Assembly: GCA_965644295.1 (NCBI GenBank)
Contig: CBFFRP010000423.1
Span: forward strand, 310,001 to 374,000
Origin: Paraphysomonas bandaiensis
Lineage: Eukaryota > Protista > Chrysophyceae
Length of the DNA stretch: 64,000 nt
Direction of reading: 5' to 3'
A program made the translations under genes and the position numbers. Of this stretch, positions 14,474-27,100 are shown piece after piece; the first letter of the stretch is position 1; each line of letters starts with the position of its first letter. Below the pieces are notes generated by a model that worked only from the letters and a program-made list of their open reading frames with translations, ran no database searches and had not been told where the DNA came from.

Positions 14474-16053
14474 ATGAAGCTTGCAGATAACATTAATTTT
14501 GGAAATGCCGTGTTGGGGGGTGTCATTATCGGGTTTTCGGCTACAATGTTCTTATTGTTAACGGGAAAGTTGACAGGTGCTGTTGCACACAATACTACTT
14601 CTGTGAACTCTATACTAACGTATTAATTTAAGGAATTTCTGGTATTTTGGAAGACTCCATACTTCCTGTTCCCGGTAAAACGAAGGTGGTGTATTCTCTT
14701 AATGTAAGCTTGTTTTTCTGATTTGATTGTAGAAATGGACATTTGCTTATCTTGGCGGTATGATTTGTGCTGGAATTGTTGCATATCATGCGGACAAAGG
14801 ACTTGGAGATCAGAGCCATGCAGCAGTGGATACTCTAATTGCGGGAATCTTAGTGGGATTTGGAACTAGAATGGGTTCCGGTTGTACCTCCGGGCATGGA
14901 ATTTGCGGTTAGTTAGTTATAACACTTAGCTGGAGTATTTACTCTTGACATTTACTACTACTTGCAATATTCTGTGATTTGACTCATTAGGGTAGGTTTA
15001 TCGCGTCTATCGCCTCGATCCGCTGTTGCTGTATGTAGCTTTATGGGTTCTGGACTTGTATCCTCGTATGTTGGTAGAGTGTATCGAAACAAGGACGAGT
15101 TCCCATCCCTGAACCCAGATTTGTCGCTCTCATCTCCCTATGCTGTATGGATCCCCGTATCTTTGGCGATGGTTGGCTTCTATGTACTCTTTTACTTTCT
15201 CAATCACACAGTTTTTGCGCCTTGTATCCCACCTGCCACTCCTAAAGTAGCATATCAAGTCATGTTTCTCGAGTTAGCCTCATCGTTTCTCTGCGCCTTT
15301 GTTTTTGGAATCGGTCTTGCAATCAGTGGAATGTGCAATCCGCAGCGCGTAATTAAATTTTTAGATTTTTCTGGGCCTGATGGTTGGGATCCTTCTCTTG
15401 CTGGCGTTATGGCAGGGGGTGTACTTGTGAATGTCGTGTCGTTCTACATACTCCGTAAAATGAAGGTTGCCCCCGCACTGCATCAAGTAAAGCAGCGATT
15501 TTCTCCCCCGAATTCTGAGGTATTGTATTGTACTTCACATTACATCAACCGAATATAGATTGTAGCCTATACGGTGATACGCTGGCCATATGTTGTAGTA
15601 TATCCATCATTATTGTCTAGACCTTGTCCGCATATTTGCTGAATCCTGATATTTATTCGGCAGTCATCAGTTACAACAATGGACACTCTATTAAAGTACT
15701 ACCTTCATCCTGCCAACATGGTTATTGATGCGAAACTAGTAATCGGAAGTCTTGTGTTTGGTCTTGGATGGGGATTTGCTGGTATTTGTCCTGGGCCTGC
15801 GTTTGTCAATATTGGCGCTCTTTCTGATCTCTCAGGAGTATTTATCCCAGGCTTGTTAATTGGTATGGCTCTTCATGAAGGATATAAAATGTTTACATCG
15901 GATGCGTACGTTCCTGCCTCTAATTGTGCATGTACTAGTCCTGGTGATGTTGAGGAAAATGAAATTTCAGGCCGTGAAAGATCAAGTGAAAGGCGACCCA
16001 CGATTGAAAATGCACTTCTGGAAAGCGGTAATGACGGCGAGCCGTCACGTTGA
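14474..16053 (+). CDS. YeeE/YedE family (sulfur/thiosulfate transport) fused two-domain membrane protein, multi-exon
   Basis: GGVIIG..TGKLTGISG, GFGTRMGSGCTSGHGICG, LSRLSPRS, FGIGLAISGM..FLDF..WDPSL, GWGFAGICPGP. Confidence 0.9.
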
Positions 16054-16637
16054 TAGTATACGTGCAATTCACGTATATTTGAAATGTTCTATAAACGAAA
16101 TGTTTAGATTCTTACTATCTTAGCATAGTATGTATGTCACGCTACGGTATGTGTTTCGTACGTTGATACACATTTCAAATTTATAGTGTTTTCATGTACG
16201 CTGTGTAAGTTTATAATTTTATTCGCTGAACAGCTTTCAATAGCACTTTGCAATAATTTTACTGTGGTATGATAGAAAAAAGTCTAAAGAATGGTAAAAG
16301 TCTAAAGAATGACAAGCCATCAGATTTCATCTCATTAAAATCGAGGAGGAGAGTTGACAAGTAAGAAGGCTGACCTCCCTCCTCTTTTATACCTACTTTT
16401 CATGAAAAATGCCTCAATCCTCCAACTAATTTTTTTAAGATCTACTGTTTAGAGTTTAAAATATAAAGGCTCGGTAGAGTCATAATACTCGAAGTTATGA
16501 AAAGCATACCACAACGACTACAATGAAATCAATATCTTATATTAAAAGCAACAAAGTAACGATTTCGACTAACTCGCTTATAGTTGGACAACTCAATGAC
16601 AATTATTTAAGTACACGGAACGAAACAGGAGACTGCT

Positions 16638-16750
16638 TAGTAGTGAATGTCCTATTATTAGCAATTGTCGTGTAAGAGTCAGAACTAATGTAGCAAAATA
16701 ATTTAACTAACTAGTACTTAACTCACATATCCTACTATTTGGCGCAACGG
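16638..16750 (-). mobile_element. 3' end fragment of the non-LTR retroelement family
   Basis: The reverse complement reads AAATAGTAGGATA...ATTGCTAATAATAGGACATTCACTACTA, matching the 3' ends near 48.2 and 49.9 kb. Confidence 0.8.
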
Positions 16751-17335
16751 TAGACAGGTACAGTACACACTTGACGTCAACAAAAACTAGTCTACCAATG
16801 CCACTTCCACATGTGGAGATGATGTTTACCTCTTGTAGTCACTTATTCCTCTTAAGCAGTGGAAGTTTTACATGAAAGATCAGCCTTCGGTGGCAGGGTA
16901 ACCGATTTAGTTCATGGTCGGACAGTCATACTCACGCTACCATCGCAATGCGGATGTAGAATTCTGCTATGTTTGAACAGACATTGTCACAATGTTCTTT
17001 CCAGGGCTTAAAATATTGTTTTCAGTTTCTTTATGATTCTCTAAATCAGACCCTCTCTCACTAATCGTTTCAAAGGACGTGTTGAATTTATTGAAACAGC
17101 AGCGAATAATGCCTCTCAGTTAGGTGCTCTGCTTTTGAAAATTTCAGTGTATGCAGTGCTAAGCCATCATCATCTATTTCGATTGAACCAAGTCGTATAT
17201 AAGATTGTTGAGTATTCTAGATAGTGTGGACATTCTTCCAATACATTCCTTTCCTTTTGCTCTTGACTTATGAGGTATAATGCAGCTGGGTCTATTTGTC
17301 TAGGAAATACTATAAATAGACCCAGCTGCCTCTTA

Positions 17336-17893
17336 GGCCACTAATTATAGTGAGACAAAAGACAAAAAGACAGAAGACATTTTTCTGGAAAAATGTCTTC
17401 TGAGCATGAAAAGCTGAAGTTATAGGAGGACAAAAGACAGAAATCCGTCGAAAGACAAAATGTCTTTCTGTCTTCGGCAGACAGGAGTCCCCATGGTGTG
17501 TTATCGTAGCCAATCCGTTCGTAGACATTTCTTATTGCAAAGATACGATCCTAACTGGACGCTGGAGATTGCTTCATGAGCTGTTTGATCAAGGATGTCC
17601 TGCACAGACAACTTTCGGGACAATGCACCCACACATGAAATATCATGCTATCAACTTTACACAGTCACTTGTGACTTATGTCAGTCTTAATGCTTTGCTT
17701 CGCAGTATATTCAGTGAGATCTAGCGAGCAGAGAATGAGCAGAATTCAAAATTCTAAAAAAAATCGCTGCTTTGTCTTCTGTCTTTCTGTGTGCACTATA
17801 ACTTCAGCTCCATTTGCACCCGACAAAAACAATTTTGATGAAAAAAAATGTCTTTTGTCGTTTTGTCTTTTGTCTCCACTATAATTAGTGGCC
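17336..17893. mobile_element. PIF/Harbinger-type (Tourist-like) MITE
   Basis: TIRs GGCCACTAATTATAGTG(G)AGACAAAAGACAAAA with extended subterminal similarity. 3-bp TTA duplication at 17333-17335 and 17894-17896. Confidence 0.9.
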
Positions 17894-18219
17894 TTAGATA
17901 TACACACACGATCATACTGTGTTTATGACAAAAATATAAACCCCACTTTTATGAATTGGGAGCTGGTTAAAACTCAGTTTAGTTCTGCGTAATATTTTTA
18001 CCCTCACCTTTATTAGGCTGTTTTTTCCTAAAATCCTGCTATTTGAAAACTGTAACACAGTCGAAAAACCTCAAAATCACTGCTTTTATGGGTGATGTTT
18101 TCCTCCTCTGGTATTCAAATACACGCACACCTTTGGTGGGTGTGGATGTGTGATCTGTATGTGTGTTGTGCATATATTTGAACACGACATCTTTAAGAAT
18201 CCCTCAGTATAATGAATGT

Positions 18220-20172
18220 ATGAATATGATCGAAGAAAAATCTGAAATTGAATTGGATTTTAGTGTAAAAACATTGCCATACCTTGTGCAGCACGCATGT
18301 ATTTGTGGAAAAGGTGAATATATCGATGACTGCCCCCCCTTTGAGAAGTACTATGAGTCAGTCTTGTATTTCGACAAATCCAGAATGGATTTTGTGAATG
18401 AAATTTGTCCACGGCTGCGGAAACTGACTCAAAATCGACTCAGTGGACAAAAAAACTGTTTTCTTGTGAATGGAATTCCAGGGATCGGCAAATCACAACT
18501 TTTAATGTCGTTGGGTCATTGGGTAACGGTGATGGGTGGGTCTAAAACCGGATTCTATTTCTTAAACATAGGTGCAAGAGGACTGCGTGATCCACTTAGT
18601 CCTGGTATAATTAATATTCGATACATTATTCACGATATGTCCACTCGACTGGGTTGGAATCCGCCTGCTAAATGTTGGGAAACTATGCAAGATGCTTGGG
18701 ACTGGATGGTATCGGCTGGATATGTTGCATTGATAGTATTAGACGAATTTCACAAACAATACAATGAAGAAAACACATGCGGGTTATTTTTTGATCTGTA
18801 TTCGATAGGTAACAATTCAGGCCCCAGGCCTATCGTTGTTATTTTGAATGGATCTTCGGCATTGATGCGACCACTTGTATTTCGCCTTCTGGAAAATGGG
18901 TCTGGGATTGCCAAGCAGTACCCCGGTTATGCAAAATCAGAGAGTTTAAACGTTACTAAGTTTATCCCTTTTACACTGTTACCACTGTGCAACACGAATG
19001 ACATGAAGGAAGCAGTGGCAACACTGCAAGATAAAGATACGTTTTTAGTGGATGTGGCCAGTGACGATGCTGATTTTTTGTATCGTACATTGTGCTTCAA
19101 CACAAGGGGAACTATTCGACATTTCGAAAAATCATGTGATAGAATCAAATACTCAGACACATGTATCAGTTACAAAACAGCTTGCTTCACGTCGGAACTA
19201 TCTCCGTTGTACACAATACTTTGGAATAACGTCGTTCTAAATCTTTCCAGTGCTTTAATTGCTCAATGTCTTAGTGGGGAAGCCAACATAGGAGACATTC
19301 CAGAAGTTCCAGTCCGTTGTTTTTTGGACAAAGGTTATACTGTCAGAGATCTCTATGGCTTAGCAGACAATGGAATTATTCGATTTTGTGGTGGGGTCTC
19401 AGTTGGCTATGTACACCCAGTTGACATCTTGATATGTGTCTCTTTTTATGGAGCTGACACCTTAAACCCACAGCCCAACATATTGTCTGCTGCCGAGGAG
19501 GTGTCGCTATTGTACCCCCATCATGCCAGCGCAATTTGTGAAGTGAACGAGAAATTGGTGTGTGAAAGCCTATGCGAGAAAGGGTTAATGGTGGCGCCGT
19601 ATGGCCGCTTGACTTTTTCCTTCACACACAGTTTTTGCTACACTGGCGTTGTCAGAACAACACCACACGTCATCAGTCTATACCGTTTAGGGTTAGAAGA
19701 ATCATCTCTCAGCTCTTCCAGTGGTCGTGGCAACGTGAAAAAGAGCTTATTAACGACCCATCATATTTCTGCTGAGCTGAAGAAAGAGTGGCCGGATGAA
19801 ACTGGAGGTAACTTGATTGCTGTGTTCGCTGTCCATGGCTTCAGTCGCGTTCGAAGGGGCATCAAATACATTGTAGTGCGAGTGCAAGTGAAATTAGGTT
19901 ATTCATCCAGTCAGATTGGAGACCCTGCCCAAAAAATGAAGGATAGTGAGGAGATCATTGCAAAGTCACTGGGCGCGCAAAAAAATGAGGTGGATTTTAT
20001 TCGTGTTATTTGGACTTCTAGAAACGTTTCAACTCGTGCACACGCTCTCGGAGTCAACGGGCAAACCATTGTCATCAACTCTGAGAACATGCTGACCCAT
20101 TGGAGCGCACGATGTTCTAACTTTGTGAAGAAGAACCAACTCTCAAGTTATGGATATATATGTAAGTATTAA
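18220..20172 (+). CDS. Intronless P-loop NTPase plus C-terminal restriction-endonuclease-like domain (Crinkler/CR-effector-like)
   Basis: Walker A GIPGIGKS and Walker B LIVLDEFH. The C-terminal DETGGNLIAV...RVQVKLG resembles a PD-(D/E)xK core. Confidence 0.6.
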   Translation: MNMIEEKSEIELDFSVKTLPYLVQHACICGKGEYIDDCPPFEKYYESVLYFDKSRMDFVNEICPRLRKLTQNRLSGQKNCFLVNGIPGIGKSQLLMSLGHWVTVMGGSKTGFYFLNIGARGLRDPLSPGIINIRYIIHDMSTRLGWNPPAKCWETMQDAWDWMVSAGYVALIVLDEFHKQYNEENTCGLFFDLYSIGNNSGPRPIVVILNGSSALMRPLVFRLLENGSGIAKQYPGYAKSESLNVTKFIPFTLLPLCNTNDMKEAVATLQDKDTFLVDVASDDADFLYRTLCFNTRGTIRHFEKSCDRIKYSDTCISYKTACFTSELSPLYTILWNNVVLNLSSALIAQCLSGEANIGDIPEVPVRCFLDKGYTVRDLYGLADNGIIRFCGGVSVGYVHPVDILICVSFYGADTLNPQPNILSAAEEVSLLYPHHASAICEVNEKLVCESLCEKGLMVAPYGRLTFSFTHSFCYTGVVRTTPHVISLYRLGLEESSLSSSSGRGNVKKSLLTTHHISAELKKEWPDETGGNLIAVFAVHGFSRVRRGIKYIVVRVQVKLGYSSSQIGDPAQKMKDSEEIIAKSLGAQKNEVDFIRVIWTSRNVSTRAHALGVNGQTIVINSENMLTHWSARCSNFVKKNQLSSYGYICKY

Positions 20173-20386
20173 ATATTATGTAAAATGAGTTGGTATAAAC
20201 TGTCGAAACTGTCGATTGTAAGATCAATGAAAATGATATTGGATCTGAAATTGACAGCAAAAAACGTATCATGTTTATAAAAGAAGCTGAATCGGCCACC
20301 TTCATTATCCTTTTCAAATATGGAAGATCAGTTTATAAAAGTTGAAACCACTGTACCTGTGTTGTTATATGGTCCCTACTAAAGAG

Positions 20387-21110
20387 CAGGGCCAGGTAAA
20401 AATATATTGAACTGCAATATTTTAGTTTTGCTTTTGCTACAATATATTTATTATTGTTTTAGCAAGATTTGGTCTTTGATATATATTGCTCATGCATGTG
20501 TGTATCTTTGAAAATAGATTTGATTAATCATAAATTACTACTCTAATATCGAACAATTCTGATAATTTCCTGCAACGAAGAGCGCTTGTCATGTTCGATA
20601 TAGAATTCGTACTGTCTCTGTCAAGCTATTCATTAAACTCCAAGCTGTTCAAAGTAAGGTGTCTTCCTCGTACAACTAAAACTAAATATATTTTTCTTTT
20701 GATCTGCAATCTGCAATAAACAAGATGCCAGTAAAATGATCGCCATATGTCATATCCGCCAAAACTATTCGACCACCATCTCTTTCAGTAGAGCCAAAAT
20801 AATTCTCATGACACACTTGCGACAAGGAATGACCCCACGACGCCTCGAACTGCTTCTCTTTCTTCGCTTCAACAAGTCAGTATAACAGGTCATCTATGAT
20901 GGACCGTTTGATTATGACATTTTGACGACAGTGACGAAGAGTTGGAATACTTTTAGAGTACTAGTTGCTGCATTATTTTCGGGTTTTCATTATCATGTTG
21001 TTCTTAGTGCCCAGCGCCCAGTATATTAATATACTGCAATATATTTATTATAAACATTGGGTTTTTTATTTTTGCTGGCAATATATTGTAATATATTGTT
21101 ACCGCCCCTG
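20387..21110. mobile_element. Degenerate hAT-type non-autonomous element
   Basis: Imperfect TIRs CAGGGCCAGGTAAAAATATATT and AATATATTGTTACCGCCCCTG, with CAATATATTG subterminal motifs like the 56.7 kb element. TSD eroded. Confidence 0.65.
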
Positions 21111-21173
21111 CTTAATATAAAGTGTATACCAGTTGGTGGTACATTTTATATATTTCCGCCCAACACCTGAAAG

Positions 21174-21908
21174 CAGGGCTGCGTGTATCAATTAATTGTC
21201 AATTATTGAAATTGCGATAATTAAAATTTGGGCATCGAATCATAATTGCAATAATAATTACTCCACTTTCCTTCAATCGACATAAAAATACCACCTTTTT
21301 ATACTGAAAAGTTGATTTTTTATTGCGAAAATCCAATTTTTAGGATAAAAATCGAAGATTGATTAGATACTATAATATCCATAGGATAATTTTGCATATA
21401 ATAATTCATTAAAAAAACTGGTGATATGAGCGATAAACTGATACCTGAAGTCAATGCACGAGTGGTCTTTGAGAAAATAAATGATAATAACGAAGAAGAG
21501 GTTGCAATGCTTTCAATGCATTTCGGTTAGATTGTAGATGTAGATGGGTGGACGTGCAGCAAGGAACTTTAAAATTAAAATATTTTTTCTCGACGAGGAT
21601 GAAGAAGAAGATGACAGTGAGAGTCTAGTTCAGAATGACGAATGACGGCGTAGCGCAAAGTTAGATTATTGATGGTAACAGGCAACACAGAAGCAAGCAC
21701 GTCTTAATCAGCAAACTCGTTACCGCAGCATGAAGCCCATGCATACCACAACCAATAGAGTTGAAAGGTTGTTCAGCGCTACAAAATCTGCTTGTGCGTC
21801 AACGCAAGTACCAAGGTGCAACGTAGCTATATACGTACGTCGTTTATTAAGTCTATTAGCAAGTAATAATTACAAACATAATTGTTGACTACAACCTTCA
21901 CAGCCCTG
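21174..21908 (+). mobile_element. hAT-derived internally deleted element
   Basis: TIRs CAGGGCTG and CAGCCCTG. The internal remnant TTNRVERLFSA (about 21745-21785) is a hAT dimerization motif. No clear TSD. Confidence 0.7.
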
Positions 21909-22280
21909 GAGAATAGGGCAATTGTGCGTCTGGTATCACAGGCAGTACGGTTCCAACGTTGAGGCTAAAATAGACTTCACATACAAAACAATCTACACAT
22001 ATGAATCGCAGGGCTAGGTAAAAATTACATTGTATTCTTGTGATACGTATTCGCACGATTAATCATTAGACAGTAGAGATATCTCTAAAACATCAATAAT
22101 TCATTCAAAGGTAAGTCCTCTTACCCATTATTCATTCCTTTGAATTTATAAAATGTACAAATGGGTCACAAAAACATCATGAGGGCCAAGTTCACTTGAA
22201 AAGTTTAGTTGCTACAGACTGATGGGCACATCTACAACTACAAAACCAGGACTAGCTAACTATAGTGCATAATGCTGAGA

Positions 22281-23750
22281 CTATGGTTGACCAGTATCTC
22301 CAGTGACGCCTTCCGGTTCAGGAACAGCTGCTCCTAAAAATGTGGTATATCCGCATTGCTCAGGGTCAATCTCGATGTAACCATTATCATATACCAAATC
22401 CCATCCAGAGACATGCTCCTCATCACCAGAAAGAACCTTTTCCATATCAATAATATCAAGCATTCCATGAAGCATCTCTGTTTTCATGGCATAATCTTCA
22501 TTCGTATTTGCACTCAATGAGGGCGACGCATTAACTTCCAGCAGCCATGGGCGCAAGTCAGCATCAATGATAAGATCATATCCGTATAGCTCGAAGCAGT
22601 GCTTATCATGAATCATTATCTGCGACACCATTTAGAGCACACGTACTGAATGGCTTGGTTCAAACTACCAGCAGACACATAATTTTAAAAAATTAGTATA
22701 CATACAGCTACCCATTTTTCCTTTCTAATTCTTTAAACACACATTTACCTGCTGTACAGCGAGCAGTGCTCGAATCATTATCATTTGCATCTCCCAAAAT
22801 AATGCATCTGTACGTTCCATGCCGTATTTGGACATAATATGCAGTTTAAGAGCTTGTAGCTCCATCTTCCCTCCTGTCCTTTCGTCATAATTTTCCGCAG
22901 TCTTTTGGATGGCCACATTAGTCAAATGCATGAAATCGTCGTATATATCCTCCATCCTGGAGGAATATCGTGCATTGGTGAAGCGGGCAAATCCACGACG
23001 GTATATGTAAACTTTTAAAGGAGAAAAAGATGTGACTAATGCATACATGCGAAGATCAAATTTCTTTCCTCCTATGACCAACGGGTACTGCAGATACCGC
23101 TGCACGACATAAGCTTCCACTTCTTTCTCTTCTTTCCCTCCGGAGGGCTTATACTTAAACCCAGTTTTCCACTCTGATATCTCGCTAAGGCGAGTGAACA
23201 AAAATATTCCCTTTCCCTGGGCACTACCAATCGGTTTCATTATCCAAATGCCTCCAACTTTTTTGAACTCCTCCACGAACATAGCATACTCTCTTGGAAG
23301 TAGAAAGGTTGTTGGCATGATGTCGAATTGACTAGCTTCTTCGTGACGACCCTCTTTTTCGAGGGCGCGGCGTTGTCTTTTGACGTTCTTTGCAATTAAG
23401 TCCTTTCGACATAATTCTCTCCCATTACGGTAATGATTCAGTCGTTGCCATTGCTCAAGATGCATTCGATCAAAAGCAGAATACACCCATTCTCTATCAG
23501 CCCACACAAAGTCCCACTGCACATCACATATGAAACACATTAAAATACAAACTATGGCAGAAAAACGTACATCTTCGTCTCCATCCACCTCCTGCCACCC
23601 TCTGGATGCTAGCACATCATATATAGTGTTTGAAAATGATGTAAAGAACTTGATGACACTTCCAGCGCCCCTATAGACGAGCTGTGAGGACACGTACAGT
23701 CTGTTTATAAGGGGTGATGTACCTACGCGCGGTGGGTCGATCGCTTCCAT
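22281..23750 (-). CDS. TTLL9: Tubulin polyglutamylase TTLL9-like, multi-exon
   Basis: WDFVWAD, NHYRNGRELCRKD, WIMKPIGSAQGKGIFLF, KFDLRMY, HLTNVAIQK, CFELYGYD, WLLEVNASPS. Confidence 0.88.
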
Positions 23751-24168
23751 GTCCACGACGTTGTCGTTCTTTCATTGTTATATAATAACTCTATTGAAAT
23801 GACACGAGGGTGTGGATTATATTTCAGCACTGGGGATGTGGGCTGGCTGTTATATGCAGCCACTCTCTGTATGCTGTGTGTACAAACTGATGCTAAGTGT
23901 ACAGCTCTACATGTACTTGTATATCTGTGTATAGGTATATATATGTACACTGTGTGTATATCCATCTTCCTGTCTATATATACGTACATGTATATAGAGA
24001 GTATGTGTGTGTAGTGTTTACATATGGCATAAGAGTCAAATCAATCCTATTCACAACAAAATCATCACACACGATCTGATCAAATATGAATTAACATATT
24101 CAGTGACACTTGTGGTGGGGGCTGTTGCGTATCGGAGGGATATAGTTGTGCCTTGTCTGTGTATTCAG

Positions 24169-27100
24169 GATGTCTCAGTCGGTTGATTTACAGGAAGATT
24201 CTGACATGTCAGATTTTTTCATTAATCGGCTACTAGAGCTCAAAACAACATCGAATAAATTAAAGATGGAGAGTGTTAATGAATGCTGTGAAGAGGCTAT
24301 GTCTGCCCTGAAGGAGAGAGGAAGTAGCCGGGTTCAGTTAGGAAGAAATAAACCCACAAGCTTCAGTATGCTTTCAGCGGGACTCTCCAAACAAGACGTA
24401 AACTTTAATATTCGCTTTAGTAGAGCTTGGAACCCAAATGAAAAGGTAAAACGAGGTACCACGTCAATGTTTGGTGTTGGAGCACTGAGTCCTCATGACT
24501 ATGAGAATGTTACATCTGAGAGTATATTGAATGCACCTATCACTGATATATGTCTGATCCAAAGGAGTGAAATTGTTCCTGAGGGCTACTACCGCCTTGC
24601 CCGAACACCTTCCAACAAGAAGGCTGACCTTAACACTGGTTCCGGTGGTACACATCTTTATATATGTATCAAGAAGTCTGTGAAAGATGACATACCTCCT
24701 ATATCTTCCGTTATTGTCATATACCCAGATAAGAAGGAATACGTTCCTCCGGGATTCTCCGTCGTGAAGCGAGGGGGAAAGCCGTGTAACATAAATTCCG
24801 GTACAAGCGCCGAGAGAATATTCATGTGCTACAAACGTGATGCTTCATGTAATCCTATAGTAGATTTACAAATATACTTTCCTACAAAGAATGAATCCCC
24901 CCCAACATCCTTCACCCGTCTGTCGCGATCGGTAAGGAACTATCCAGTGGACCTTAACATGGGTACTGGGGCTCCCACGATTGGTGTGTGTTATCGCCTA
25001 GATTTGTCTGGATTAGATTGTTTAATTCCTCGAGATTTATCCAGAGGGTCCTATATGAACCTGCTGGGAGTGAACACTGTCATCGACGGTGCTATGGATG
25101 TCGCATCAAGTGACGATGAATCTCATCCTAGCCATCCATCCAGCTGTAGTTCCGCATTGCGGGATGCTCGACGCAAAGATGTCATGGAGCGACGGATATC
25201 GAATCAATCCAGTGTAGACCTGACCGAGGACTGGGACTATGAGAAGGAGGTGAGCCGCATGAGTGGACTTGAGGAGGAAGTGTGCTGTTCAGGATCGGCA
25301 TCACCCAGTCCTCCCAGTGAAGAGGGTAGCCCCCCTTCCCCACCAGTAACAGCAGTGGATGGAAGGGATGAGACAGCGTCATCATTGTCTGGTGAGGATG
25401 AGGTAGCTGCTGTTAGGGTTGCCAAAAGGGAGAGGGATCGCCGCCACATGAGTACTGGAACCATCGGCGAGAGTGAATTTGACTCACCAAATGGAGATGA
25501 GAGTGGTAATGTCAGGCGAAATTCACTGCAGGGGCCAGTTGAGCAAGGCGACCCTAATAAAGACGACGACAGTATTGGTGGACAATCGATTACAGCGTCC
25601 GTCATCGACCCGAATGAACATCGGGACACGATGATGGGCCTTGGGAGCCAGAACGACCTCGTAGTAACGGTGCAAGATCGACCGATACCTCGAGCGCAAG
25701 GATACTTCTTACGTGCAGTGTTATTTGGTATATTTGGCACAGGCGAATTGTTGGATACCAGTCTTTCGGTTCTTAAGGCAGTCATCGAAGAGGGATCACT
25801 CTTCGAAGATTGTTTCTCCGGCAGATCGCCATCCGAGAGCATGACAATGCTGGATGTGACCGTGTGTGCTCTATGTGAGAGGTTGGATGGGTGTGTAGAA
25901 GTGACAAATAACAAAGTCCTTGAGGTCATCCACCTAATTATCAAACGTTCAAAAGGTTTACTGACGAAGTTCTGCACCCAGAGCCTCTTCCGTGCGGTAT
26001 CCTTTGTTTGCGCAGCTTGCTCGACGAGATCTAATTGGGTGGCGGCTGGATACCCAACTCCAGTGCAGGATGATGGGCAGGAAATATATGCGTTTTCTAT
26101 CTTGAGAGACCTGATCAAGAATGTGACTTCTCGTGCTGAGCATTGTGAACTTGACCAGTCCCTTCCGAACGTTTACGAATCTTGTGGTGATATTGTAGAG
26201 GTCCAAGAAGATGCCTCGCTGTATAATTATAATATTGAACACCTCTTATCTCTCGGTGAATCACATGTCATCGTATGTGACCTGGTAACCGAATTCTTTG
26301 ATGAGGTAATGGATTCTGTGGAAACTTCACGAGTGACTGAAGTTGCACTCTTAGCGACCGCAAAGAAGACTTCATCAACTCTGTCCCCTTCTTTCTGGAT
26401 CCATATGAATTCGATATCTAAGTCGCTATTTCGCAATTATGAAGTTCAGAACGCATTTATTTTGTTAGCTGCCTTGTGCAAATGGTCTTGGTTAGGTATT
26501 AAATCAGGGGATTCTGGTGAGGCTGCTCCTCGTCATTTGGGAAACAAACTTCTTGCAATTGAAGCTTTACGAGAGTACTGTCGCGTCGCGGGCCCGAACC
26601 TGCGATTATCTAAGATCATGGGATATCAAGTACGACGACTTGTAGTTTCCTCCATGTTTCTGAATATTCAGTACTCCCTCTCGGAGCCGAGAATATTCTC
26701 GAAACTCCTCAAGCTACTAAGTGTTTTATGGGAGAATTGGAGGGAGCATATCAGGCTCGAATTTCCTGTTTTGTGTGAACAGCTGGTAATTAAAATACTG
26801 CAGGCTCCGACTATAAAGATGCCCCCACTCTTTCACATCATTGCTTTGAGGGAGGTGATGAAGTGGTTCGAGCAACCACATATGCTTGTGGAGATGTTTG
26901 TTAATTTTGACATGGATGGAGTGGTAGTTTCTGATTGGAATATATTTGCGCACCTCATTCGGGCGGTTTGTATATTTGCGGAGAAGTCGTCGCGGCCAGT
27001 AGTACCTGGTAGTGGAACGGGGCCATTTCCTTCTGAAGCGTCGTCGGTTGGGTCCTCGGCGACTATGTTCGGTGCTAATTGTTTACAGGTGAGCCCACGA

